From Candidatus Limnocylindrales bacterium (GTDB lineage Bacteria; Chloroflexota; Limnocylindria; Limnocylindrales; CSP1-4), in assembly GCA_035717785.1 (NCBI GenBank), contig DASTIG010000116.1:3055-67054 (forward strand): a stretch of DNA of 64,000 bases, given 5' to 3'. The position numbers were made by a program, and so were the translations under genes. How positions within the stretch are numbered: the first letter of the stretch is position 1; every line of letters begins with the position of its first letter. Positions 1-7,813 of the stretch are shown one piece after another. The notes below the pieces were generated by a model. The model had not been told where the DNA came from. It did no database searches and saw only the letters and a list, made by a program, of their open reading frames with translations.

Positions 1-20
1 ACGCGTGCGCAATATCGTCC

Positions 21-26
21 TACGCT
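21..26 (+). promoter_or_regulatory. -10-like hexamer TACGCT, 6 nt before the TetR GTG
   Basis: TANNNT hexamer directly upstream of the start codon with no SD. Confidence 0.4.
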
Positions 27-32
27 GCGGGC

Positions 33-635
33 GTGAAGCGGATGGCCCCCGACCGTCGGCGCGAAGCGATCGTCGCGGCGACGGTCGCGGTCGCGCGTCG
101 CAAGGGCCTGGCCACGACGACCGTCCGCGATGTCGCCGCCGAGATGGGCACGTCGTCGGGCCTTATCCACCACTACTTCGCGTCGATGGACGACGTGCTC
201 GCAGCGGCGTTCGAGGTGGTCGCGAGCCAGGATCTCGAGCTCTCGGCGCGGCTGATGTCCGCGGCCGCGTCGCCGGTCGAGGCGCTGCGCATCTTCTTCG
301 AGACCTACACCCCGGCCGACAAGGACTGGGCGTTCCAGCTCTGGCTCGATGCATGGGCCGAGGCCGCCCGTCGGCCTGCCGTCCAGGCCACGTCGCGGAG
401 GCTGAACCTTGAATGGCAGGCTCTATTGGAGCGGACGATCGAGGACGGGGTCGGGGCGGGAGCGTTCCTCTGCCCGGATCCTGGAGGCGCGGCGTGGCGG
501 ATCCTGTCGCTGCTCGACGGCCTGGCGCTGCAGGTCGTGGCCCACGGCACGACGATCTCGCGAACGGATGTCGTGGCCTGGTCGACCGCTGCCGCGGAAC
601 GGGAGCTTGGGTTGATGGCGGGTGCACTGCGGTAG
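33..635 (+). CDS. TetR/AcrR-family transcriptional regulator
   Basis: 200-aa ORF with an N-terminal TetR-type HTH (GLATTTVRDVAAEMGTSSGLIHHYF). The GTG start lies 6 nt after TACGCT (21-26). Confidence 0.85.
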   Translation: MKRMAPDRRREAIVAATVAVARRKGLATTTVRDVAAEMGTSSGLIHHYFASMDDVLAAAFEVVASQDLELSARLMSAAASPVEALRIFFETYTPADKDWAFQLWLDAWAEAARRPAVQATSRRLNLEWQALLERTIEDGVGAGAFLCPDPGGAAWRILSLLDGLALQVVAHGTTISRTDVVAWSTAAAERELGLMAGALR

Positions 636-893
636 CGCTCGACCACGGCCACGAGGGCCAGCTCCAGCGCCCCGGGCTTGGCCGCGGCGGCAATCCTGTC
701 ATTCGTTCACCACACGACCATTCGTCAGTCGGTCGATGACAGGCGCTCGTCAGGCGGTCATATGGCAGGGATTCGTTGCTCGATCGTGTGCGATCGTGCG
801 TGACTGCCCGATCGACGGGGCGCAGGTCAGGGACCAATGCTCTCCTGAGGGGCATTAGTCAGGAGGGTCCCGGCCCGGCAAGGACAGCGCGCC

Positions 894-1949
894 CTAGGCC
901 CGCACCTCCTGGCGCATGAACAAGACGTATGCCGCCGCAAAGCAGGCGACCATCATCGCGATGAGGAACACGAGCTGCGGCCAGACGAGCAGAAGGCTCT
1001 GGTCGATCGACAGGAACGATTGGATCTGGAGCTGTCGTTGGACCTCCTCGCCGATGCTGCCTGAGACGCCCGTCCCCGTGATTCGCGGGCTGAGCAGCAC
1101 GAGCGACAGGTCGCTGTAAAGGGTGGTCGGCAGGAGCCGCAGGATCGTGGATTGCGTCGACGCCGCCTGCAGGTTCTCCTCGGAGAGGGCCGACGAGACC
1201 GGCACCAGGAAGGCCAGGACGAAGCGCGCCAGGAACTGTCCGAACACGGTCAGGACGAGCCATGCCCCGAACCCGACCAGCGCCGAGGTCGCGGCTCGAC
1301 GGAATACCACCGACAACAGCAGCCCGAAAGCCAGCCACAAGCCGACGTAGACGATCGTCGCCAGGATCCAGATGAGCAGCCGCAGGATCTCGTACGGCGC
1401 GGGGACGATCCCCAGTCGCAGGATCCCGAAGGCGGCGACGATCCCGCACACGGTGACGAGGACGACGCTGATCACGGCGAGACCCGCAGCGAACTTGCCG
1501 TTGATCACATCGTCGCGGTGGATCGGCTGGGACAGCAGGCGCGGGAGCGTCCCCTGCGACCGCTCGCCGTTGATCGCGTCGAACATGAACGCCAGGCCGA
1601 GCAGCGGCGCGACCAGCCCGATGAACGACTGGACCGTTAGGTCGAGCTGCAGGATCGAGACGTCCTGGGCGCCCGCGATGAACAGCGCGATGAACAGGGC
1701 CGGGATCCCGCTCACCTCAGACGCGATGCTCGTGATCTGTTCCGTGGCAAGGAAGATCGGGATGCCGACCGCCAGTCCGAGGATCAGCAGCAGGATGATG
1801 AACCTCGACGACAGCAGGTGATCGCCGAACTCCTTGCGGGCGATGACCATCCAGCCGGCCCGCGGGATCGACCGTGTGCGCTCAGCGGGCTGGGCCGAGC
1901 CCTCGGCGGGGGTCGGGGCGCCGTCAGCGGTCGTGGTCGTGGCGGTCAT
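894..1949 (-). CDS. ABC-2 type transporter permease
   Basis: Multi-pass hydrophobic protein. The internal ATG at 1949 overlaps the stop of the upstream ATPase gene (ATGA). The 68-codon upstream extension of the 419-aa track ORF is Arg/Gly/Pro-rich and not protein-like. Confidence 0.8.
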   Translation of the reverse strand: MTATTTTADGAPTPAEGSAQPAERTRSIPRAGWMVIARKEFGDHLLSSRFIILLLILGLAVGIPIFLATEQITSIASEVSGIPALFIALFIAGAQDVSILQLDLTVQSFIGLVAPLLGLAFMFDAINGERSQGTLPRLLSQPIHRDDVINGKFAAGLAVISVVLVTVCGIVAAFGILRLGIVPAPYEILRLLIWILATIVYVGLWLAFGLLLSVVFRRAATSALVGFGAWLVLTVFGQFLARFVLAFLVPVSSALSEENLQAASTQSTILRLLPTTLYSDLSLVLLSPRITGTGVSGSIGEEVQRQLQIQSFLSIDQSLLLVWPQLVFLIAMMVACFAAAYVLFMRQEVRA

Positions 1950-3055
1950 GCCGGCACCTCGCGCGGGGTTCGGCTGTCGGGGGCCGGGCGAGCCTGGTCC
2001 CGTGGCCCCGAGACCGCGCGGCGATAGATGTCCTCGAGCGACGGAACGATGGCCCGGATCGACGTCAACGGAAGCTGCTCGGCAGCCACGGCGGCCAGGA
2101 CCGCGGACCGGACCTTGGCCGGATCGGAGTTCGGGGCGATCGAGAGGCGCCACGGATCGCCGGGCCGAGCGCTGTCGTTGAGGGCGGTGACGCCCGGCAC
2201 GGCGCGGAGCACGTCCCGGGCTCGCTCGACCTCTGTCGGCGTGTGCACGTCGATGCCGATCTCGAGTTCCCGAGGTCCCTCGCCGAAGCGCTCGGCGAGC
2301 TGTGTCATGGTCCCCTGCCCGATCAACCGTCCGGAGGCGAAGATGCCGATCCGGTCGCAGACCGACTGGACCTGGTTGAGCAGGTGGCTCGACAGGAGGA
2401 TCGCCATCCCGTGGTTTCGCACGAGGCCACGCAGGAGATCGAGGATCTCGGTCACGCCGAGCGGGTCGATCGAGGTCGTCGGCTCGTCCAGGATCAGCAC
2501 ATCGGGATCCTTGACGAGCGCGTCGGCGATGCCCAGGCGCTGGATCATGCCCCGCGAGTACTCGTCCACCGGGTCGTCCGCTCGATCGGTCAGGCCGACC
2601 TGCTCGAGCACCGAATCGATGGTCGCCTCAGCCTCATCACGGTCCAACCGATTGAGCCGAGCCGTGTAGCGCAGGTTCTCGCGACCCGTCATGTCCCCGT
2701 AAAAGCCGACGCTGTCGGGCAGATAGCCGACCCGCCGCTTGACCTCGAGTGGACCGCGCGACGGATCCAGCCCGACCACGCGCGCCGCGCCCTCGGTGAT
2801 CTCCGTCAACCCGAGCAGCATGAGGATCGTCGTGGTCTTGCCGGCGCCGTTCTGACCGAGGAGCCCGAAGATCTCCCCGGCGCGGATATCGAGGTCCAGG
2901 TGGTCGACGGCCACGAGGTCGCCGTACATCTTGGTCAGGCCGCGGGTCTTGATCCGGATCGGCCGGCTCGGCGCGGTCCCGTCCGCGGCCGAGGCCGGAC
3001 CGTCGCGCCTGGCTTGACGACGCTTGGACGCGATCCGTCCCGGACTCGTGCTCAT
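1946..3055 (-). CDS. ABC transporter ATP-binding protein
   Basis: Walker A GQNGAGKTT, signature-like YSRGMIQR, Walker B VLILDEPT. 4-nt overlaps with both neighbouring genes. Confidence 0.9.
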   Translation of the reverse strand: MSTSPGRIASKRRQARRDGPASAADGTAPSRPIRIKTRGLTKMYGDLVAVDHLDLDIRAGEIFGLLGQNGAGKTTTILMLLGLTEITEGAARVVGLDPSRGPLEVKRRVGYLPDSVGFYGDMTGRENLRYTARLNRLDRDEAEATIDSVLEQVGLTDRADDPVDEYSRGMIQRLGIADALVKDPDVLILDEPTTSIDPLGVTEILDLLRGLVRNHGMAILLSSHLLNQVQSVCDRIGIFASGRLIGQGTMTQLAERFGEGPRELEIGIDVHTPTEVERARDVLRAVPGVTALNDSARPGDPWRLSIAPNSDPAKVRSAVLAAVAAEQLPLTSIRAIVPSLEDIYRRAVSGPRDQARPAPDSRTPREVPA

Positions 3056-4320
3056 CGCCGGCCGTAGGTCCGGAAGATGTAGAACAGGCCGCCCAGGATC
3101 AGCGCGATCAGGGCGATGCCGACGAGGGCCCAGATCGGGGACGTCTCGACGGTGAACCGGATCTGCGCCGTCTCGCCGGTCGTGTTCTCGGTCGAGACTG
3201 CCTTGAACGTCACGACGTAGTCACCGGCCACGGCCTCGGCCGCGGGCGTGATGGTCGCCGTGATCGTCCCTGTCGCGTTGGGCTCGATCGATGGGAGACC
3301 CGCCTCCGGGTTCACGGTCACGGTCCAGCCCTGCGGCGGCGTGCCCTCGAGCGTGACGTTGGTGATCGGCGCGGTGCCAGTGTTCGTGATCACGAAGTCC
3401 TGCGTCGTGGCGGAGCCTGCGGACCCGCGCGTGGAGAGCACCTCACCCGGCGTCGACAGCTGCAACGAGTACGTGCCCGTCACGGCGATGGCGAGGTCGG
3501 CTTCGATCGTGCGCTCCCCGGCGGTCGCGGTCACCTTGATCGGATAGGTGTCGGCGGGTGTGCCTTCCGCAGGCGTGACGCTGACGCTGATGCTCTGCGT
3601 CGCGCCGGTCTTGACCACGGTCGAGGCCGCATCGGTCGCCCCGGTCAACGCCGTGTCGATCGTCCAACCGGTCGGGCCAGTGGCGGTCGCGGAGACGGTG
3701 ACGTCCTGGGCCGTGTCGTTCTTGAGCTGGAGGTCGAACTTGAAGTCCTTGTCGGATGCGCCTGTCAGCTCCGGCGTATTGGTCGTCAAGGTCAGGGTGC
3801 CGGCTGCTTCCGCGTTGACGCGTATCGAGACCGGCAGCACGTCCACCGCGCCGCCGCCACGGGCATCGACGCGGATCGTCGACGTCCCTGCGGCTGCTTC
3901 GGCGGGCACGCTCACGTCGAGCCGGACCTCGCCGGCAGTCCCGGGGGCGACCGCGACGGCATCGACGACGTACCCGCCGCCGAGGATGCTCGCGGTCCAT
4001 CCGCTCGGCACGCCGGTCAGAGACAGCGCGACGTCGGCCGGGCGCGTCGATGTGACCCGGAGCTCGAAGCTGACCTTGTTACCGGGCGCGACGACGATGG
4101 CCGGGAACTTGGTCGTGACCTCGAGACCGTTCGCCGCACCGACGACGGGCGCGAAAGCGGTGAGGCCAAGTGACGATATGACGAGCGCGGCCATGACGGG
4201 GGCACGCCGCGCGACCCTAGTGCGCAAGGTTTCCCTCCTGGGTATCGGACTGGGGGTCGGCTGGACCACCGACGAATCTGCCAAAGTCGGGCGAGACGAT
4301 ACAACCCCGGTTCGATTCAC
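3052..4320 (-). CDS. Secreted beta-rich repeat protein (NEW3/CARDB-like) with C-terminal TM anchor
   Basis: Signal-like N-terminus (RRAPVMAALVISSLGLTAFAPVVGAANG) and repeated Thr/Val/Ala-rich beta-type modules. C-terminal helix WALVGIALIALILGGLFYIF followed by RTYGRR. First gene of the operon with the ABC ATPase and permease. Confidence 0.65.
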   Translation of the reverse strand: MNRTGVVSSRPTLADSSVVQPTPSPIPRRETLRTRVARRAPVMAALVISSLGLTAFAPVVGAANGLEVTTKFPAIVVAPGNKVSFELRVTSTRPADVALSLTGVPSGWTASILGGGYVVDAVAVAPGTAGEVRLDVSVPAEAAAGTSTIRVDARGGGAVDVLPVSIRVNAEAAGTLTLTTNTPELTGASDKDFKFDLQLKNDTAQDVTVSATATGPTGWTIDTALTGATDAASTVVKTGATQSISVSVTPAEGTPADTYPIKVTATAGERTIEADLAIAVTGTYSLQLSTPGEVLSTRGSAGSATTQDFVITNTGTAPITNVTLEGTPPQGWTVTVNPEAGLPSIEPNATGTITATITPAAEAVAGDYVVTFKAVSTENTTGETAQIRFTVETSPIWALVGIALIALILGGLFYIFRTYGRR

Positions 4321-4414
4321 GGTTGATTTCGATTATTGAATCACGCCGCGGTCGTTCTGGCGAGGCGCGGAAGGCGGCCGGGATGCCGCGACCAGGGTCT
4401 CCCCGGCCGCCGCG

Positions 4415-4420
4415 TAGACT
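4415..4420 (+). promoter_or_regulatory. -10-like hexamer TAGACT, 7 nt before the PAC2 GTG
   Basis: Same TAGACT-N6-8-start pattern as at 8880, 45622, 49320 and 55925. Confidence 0.5.
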
Positions 4421-4427
4421 TTCGGGC

Positions 4428-5297
4428 GTGAGCCTCTATTCGCTGGCAGGGCCTGGCAGCCCGGGCGACCCCGGCGATCTCATCGCCCCGACGTTCGTAG
4501 CTGCGTTCGACGGCTGGGTGGACGCCGGCAGCGCGGCCACCACGGCCCTCGAACGGCTCCTCGATGACGCGGTCGACGTTGCGACGTTCGACCCGGATGC
4601 CCTGTTCGACTACCGCGCGCGGCGCCCGACGTTGCAGATCGTCGACGGCCGTCTTGCCGAGCTGACCTGGCCGGAGCTCGTCGTCCGGCGTGTCTCGTTT
4701 TCGGAGCGGGACCTGCTCATCCTGGCCGGCCCGGAGCCGGACGATCGATGGCAGGCGTTCGCCACTGCCGTCGTCGAGCTGGCGCGCCGGCTCGGCGTCG
4801 TGGAGTGGGTCAGCCTCGGGGCGATCCCGGCGGCCGTGCCGCACACGCGCGACGTCCCGATCCTCGGCACGACCTCGGAGCCCGGTCGCCTGCGCGGTGA
4901 CGTCCAGCCGGGCCCAGCCGGGCTGCTGCGCGTGCCGGCAGCGGCGATCAGCGTGCTCGAGATGGCGATGGCCGAAGGCGGCATCCCGGCGGTGGGCTAC
5001 TTCGCGCAGGTGCCCCACTACGTCTCGGGTCCGTACCCTGCGGCGTCGTTGGCCCTGCTGGAGGCGCTCGGCCGCCACCTCGGGATCGACCTGCCGACCG
5101 GCGATCTGGCCGACGAGAGCGGGCAGCTCCGAACGCGGCTCGATACGGCGACCGCGCTCGAGGAGACGACGCGCACCTACGTCGAGCGACTCGAGTCGAT
5201 GGTCGACGAGCAGCGGTTGCCCTCTGGCGACGACCTGATCGGCGAGATCGAGCGATTCCTGCGGGAGGGCGGCACCGAGGGACGCCCACAGGGCTGA
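4428..5297 (+). CDS. PAC2 (proteasome assembly chaperone 2-like) family protein
   Basis: Family-typical N-terminus PTFVAAFDGWVDAGSAATTALERL. I place the start at GTG 4428, 7 nt after TAGACT (4415-4420); the track ORF begins at TTG 4323. Confidence 0.75.
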   Translation: MSLYSLAGPGSPGDPGDLIAPTFVAAFDGWVDAGSAATTALERLLDDAVDVATFDPDALFDYRARRPTLQIVDGRLAELTWPELVVRRVSFSERDLLILAGPEPDDRWQAFATAVVELARRLGVVEWVSLGAIPAAVPHTRDVPILGTTSEPGRLRGDVQPGPAGLLRVPAAAISVLEMAMAEGGIPAVGYFAQVPHYVSGPYPAASLALLEALGRHLGIDLPTGDLADESGQLRTRLDTATALEETTRTYVERLESMVDEQRLPSGDDLIGEIERFLREGGTEGRPQG

Positions 5298-5509
5298 CTC
5301 CGCCGCCTGGGTGGCTGACGCCCGCCTCATTCGTGCTTCTCAGACTGCAGATGGCAATCAAAGGGTCGGAGGAGGTCGACTTCGACCTGCACGCGCCAAG
5401 CACGCTTCGAGCGTCGAGGCACCCTGGCGGACGGCTTGTGGGAGCTCATGCAGTCTGGGAAGGACACCTGGTGGGCGGCCGCGATGGTGCGGAGGTACAT
5501 GACAGAACC

Positions 5510-5530
5510 TGTCGGGTTATGGCGTATGCT
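5510..5530 (+). promoter_or_regulatory. TGTCGGGT-N7-TATGCT promoter-like element upstream of the WYL regulator
   Basis: Resembles the mycobacterial RecA-NDp/PafBC-type motif (TGTC[A/G]GTG-N8-TANNNT as I recall it), with a spacer one nt shorter. The -10 is 6 nt before GTG 5537. It overlaps the palindrome GACAG-AAC-CTGTC (5501-5513). Confidence 0.4.
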
Positions 5531-5536
5531 GCCCAG

Positions 5537-6526
5537 GTGCGCGCCAGTCGCCTGGTCAACCTGATGCTCCTGCTCCAGAGCCGTGGCGGCTTGACCGCTG
5601 CCGAGCTGGCGCGCGAGCTCGAAGTCTCCGTGCGGACCATCCATCGTGATGTCGAGGAGCTCAGTGCTGCCGGCGTCCCGATCTTCGCGGAGCGCGGGCC
5701 GCTCGGTGGGATCCGGCTCGTCGACGGCTACCGGACGCGTCTGACTGGCATGACGGCCGACGAGGCGGAGGCGCTCTTCCTCTCCGGGCTGTCGGGTCCC
5801 GCGGCGCAGCTCGGGCTCGGTACGGTCGTCGCCGCCGCGCAGCTCAAGGTGATGGCGGCGTTGCCGCCCGAGCTCCGGTCACGCGCCTCACGCCTGGTCC
5901 AGCGCTTCCATCTCGATGCGGCCGGCTGGTTCCAGGCAAACGATCCGGTGCCGCACCTGGAGACCCTGTCGACCGGGGTCTGGGATGGGCGCGCAGTGGC
6001 GGTCGGCTACGATCGTGGTGACGACGTCGTCGAGCGGGTGCTCGGGCCTCTCGGGCTCGTCCTCAAGGGCGGCATCTGGTACGTGATCGCGCTTGCCGAC
6101 GGCCAGATCCGAACCTACCGGGCGTCCCGCGTGGTCGCCGCGACGATCCTCGACGAAGCGGTCGATCGACCCGAGGGTTTCGACCTGGCGGCCTATTGGG
6201 CCGAGTCGAGTGCGGCGTACGAACGGGAGGCGCCGAGCGTTCGCGTCGAGGTCCGCGTCCGCGAGGATCAGCAGTGGCGTATCAACCAGGTCTTCGGCCG
6301 CGGCACGGTCGCCGCGGCCGAGCGGGTGGATGAGGGCGACCATCCGGGAACGGTGCGGCTTCGCTTGCGCCTCGGCTATCCGGACGAGGCGCCCGGCATG
6401 CTGCTGGCCGTCGGCCCCAACCTGGAGGTCATCGGACCACCTGAGGTTCGCGAAAAGGTCGTCATGCTGGCGATGCGGATCGCAGACCGTTACCGGGAAG
6501 TCGCGCCGGTGGACGCTGCGCGCTGA
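5537..6526 (+). CDS. HTH + WYL domain transcriptional regulator (YafY/PafBC-like)
   Basis: HTH RASRLVNLMLLLQSRGGLTAAELARELEVSVRTIHRDVEELSAAGVPIFAERG followed by WYL-type and C-terminal extension regions. Start set at GTG 5537 (family N-terminus), 6 nt after TATGCT; the track ORF starts 204 nt upstream. Confidence 0.8.
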   Translation: MRASRLVNLMLLLQSRGGLTAAELARELEVSVRTIHRDVEELSAAGVPIFAERGPLGGIRLVDGYRTRLTGMTADEAEALFLSGLSGPAAQLGLGTVVAAAQLKVMAALPPELRSRASRLVQRFHLDAAGWFQANDPVPHLETLSTGVWDGRAVAVGYDRGDDVVERVLGPLGLVLKGGIWYVIALADGQIRTYRASRVVAATILDEAVDRPEGFDLAAYWAESSAAYEREAPSVRVEVRVREDQQWRINQVFGRGTVAAAERVDEGDHPGTVRLRLRLGYPDEAPGMLLAVGPNLEVIGPPEVREKVVMLAMRIADRYREVAPVDAAR

Positions 6527-6666
6527 GGTCGGCGCATCGACCGCGACGTATCGGGGATGGACTCGGTCGTTTCGGCGGACCGGAGGAGGCGGCGGGTGCG
6601 GAGCTCCATCTCGATCTCGCGCTCTCGGTCGGCTTGGAGGATGCGGGCGAGTTCGATGTTCATCAT
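6490..6666 (-). CDS. Hypothetical small protein (58 aa, Arg/Glu-rich helix)
   Basis: MMNIELARILQADREREIEMELRTRRLL... resembles small charged-helix ORFs common in actinobacteria. The ATG is 6 nt after CAGACT. The ORF overlaps the 3' end of the convergent WYL gene by 37 nt. Confidence 0.3.
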   Translation of the reverse strand: MMNIELARILQADREREIEMELRTRRLLRSAETTESIPDTSRSMRRPQRAASTGATSR

Positions 6667-6719
6667 GTAATCAGTCTGGCTGCTGTACATGCCGGAACTC
6701 GTCATGAATATCGACGGCC

Positions 6720-6768
6720 TGAAAAACCGCTTGGCCGCTCCACGTCCCCACGCGTGAGCGGCCAGCGG
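6720..6768 (-). terminator. Intrinsic terminator (minus-strand orientation)
   Basis: On the minus strand, a 13-14 bp GC-rich stem (CCGCTGGCCGCTC / GAGCGGCCAAGCGG, one bulge) is followed immediately by TTTTTC. Confidence 0.6.
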
Positions 6769-6794
6769 CGATTCGGTTGTTCTTCGGTTTTTCT

Positions 6795-6995
6795 TCAGTT
6801 GGCGTACTCAGCGGACCACCGTCCGGTCAGGATTGCCGGCTCCGCCGTCTCCCGGCATCCCGCCGGAGGATCGACGCGCCGCCGGTCGAGGGTCTTCATG
6901 TCCGGCGGTCCGTTTCGTGCTTGGCATGAAAGTACCCACGCCGATGCAACGCCGCACGTGACGTCCGTCATGAAGCGGTATGGACATCTGTCCAT
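6795..6995 (-). CDS. Hypothetical small Cys-containing protein (66 aa)
   Basis: The ORF ends 26 nt before a strong minus-strand intrinsic terminator (6720-6768). GC3 is only about 70 percent and there is no clear SD. The ATG sits inside the 18-bp palindrome at 6979-6996. Confidence 0.25.
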   Translation of the reverse strand: MDRCPYRFMTDVTCGVASAWVLSCQARNGPPDMKTLDRRRVDPPAGCRETAEPAILTGRWSAEYAN

Positions 6996-6996
6996 A
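6979..6996. promoter_or_regulatory. Perfect 18-bp palindrome TATGGACA-TC-TGTCCATA overlapping a -10-like CATACT
   Basis: 8-bp arms with a 2-bp spacer. CATACT (6993-6998) lies 6 nt before the DUF4112 ATG (7005). An operator-like position. Confidence 0.5.
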
Positions 6997-7004
6997 CTCG
7001 GGTC

Positions 7005-7505
7005 ATGGCAGTCAGAGGAGAGGTAGTCGGGCTGTCACGGGCCGAACGATTCGCTGCTGCCGAGCAGCGCATCGGGCGTGTCACGCGGGTGCTCGACGAA
7101 CTCGTGTCCGTGCCCGGAACGCCTATCAAGGTCGGTCTCGACCCGCTGATCGGCCTCATCCCGGTCGCCGGGGATGCATTTGCCGCACTGATCGGCTCCT
7201 GGGTCATCCTCGAGGCGTCGCGGTTCGGCATCCCGAAGGTGGTGCTTGGCCGCATGGTCGCGAACCTGGTCGTCGACCTCGGCATCGGCGCGATACCCCT
7301 GCTCGGCGACCTCTACGACGTGGCCTTTCGCTCGAACAGGCGGAATCTCGACCTCTTCCGGCGGCACGCGCTCGATCCAGCGGCGTCGACCCGCGGCGAG
7401 GAGGCGTTCTTCCTCGGACTGGCGCTCTTACTGGTCGGGATCATCGTGTTGGTGGCGATGGCGCTCGGGGCCGTGATCGGCGCGCTCGGCTCAGTTCGGA
7501 TCTAA
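7005..7505 (+). CDS. DUF4112 domain membrane protein
   Basis: DPLIGLIPVAGDAFAALIGSWVILEASRFGIP ... IGAIPLLGDLYDVAFRSNRRN matches the DUF4112 signature. C-terminal TM helix. Confidence 0.8.
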   Translation: MAVRGEVVGLSRAERFAAAEQRIGRVTRVLDELVSVPGTPIKVGLDPLIGLIPVAGDAFAALIGSWVILEASRFGIPKVVLGRMVANLVVDLGIGAIPLLGDLYDVAFRSNRRNLDLFRRHALDPAASTRGEEAFFLGLALLLVGIIVLVAMALGAVIGALGSVRI

Positions 7506-7528
7506 GGGTCGCTATTGGTCGCCGCCAC

Positions 7529-7559
7529 GGTCGTGCCCCAGTCGTGCCGCGGTCGTGCC
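7529..7559. repeat. Three tandem 11-bp repeats (GGTCGTGCCnn)
   Basis: GGTCGTGCCCC / AGTCGTGCCGC / GGTCGTGCCAA with an exact 11-nt period, beginning 24 nt after the DUF4112 stop. Confidence 0.7.
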
Positions 7560-7708
7560 AAATGCTCATCAGGTGGTCATTCGTCGGATGCCCTGGACCG
7601 ACGGTGCCGGTTCCCCTGCACGCGGAGCTCCTCGATCTGAGGTCGTTGTTGTCAGCCTGATCCACCACGAGACCATATGACCAAGATCCGGTGACGTGCG
7701 CTCGCCTG

Positions 7709-7724
7709 ATGGACATTTGTCACA
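7709..7724. promoter_or_regulatory. Imperfect second copy of the TGGACA-N2-TGTCCA palindrome (ATGGACA-TT-TGTCACA)
   Basis: Shares ATGGACAT.TGTC with the 6979 site. It lies in the convergent spacer with no annotated gene downstream. Confidence 0.35.
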
Positions 7725-7765
7725 GACGCGCGCGGCGGCCACGGTCGCGGGCGGCGGAGGCGAGA

Positions 7766-7813
7766 ATCGAGGCCGCTACCCCGCCGAGGATCGGGGCCGC
7801 TACCCCGCCGAGG
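7766..7813. repeat. 24-bp tandem duplication spanning the desaturase stop codon
   Basis: ATCGAGGCCGCTACCCCGCCGAGG / ATCGGGGCCGCTACCCCGCCGAGG (one mismatch). Copy 2 encodes the last codons plus the stop on the minus strand. Confidence 0.8.

Noticed and set aside
7529-7813. CRISPR-like array (also considered for 16493-16534)
   Set aside because: There are only 2-3 directly abutting copies of 11-24 bp, with no spacers, and no cas genes in the window.
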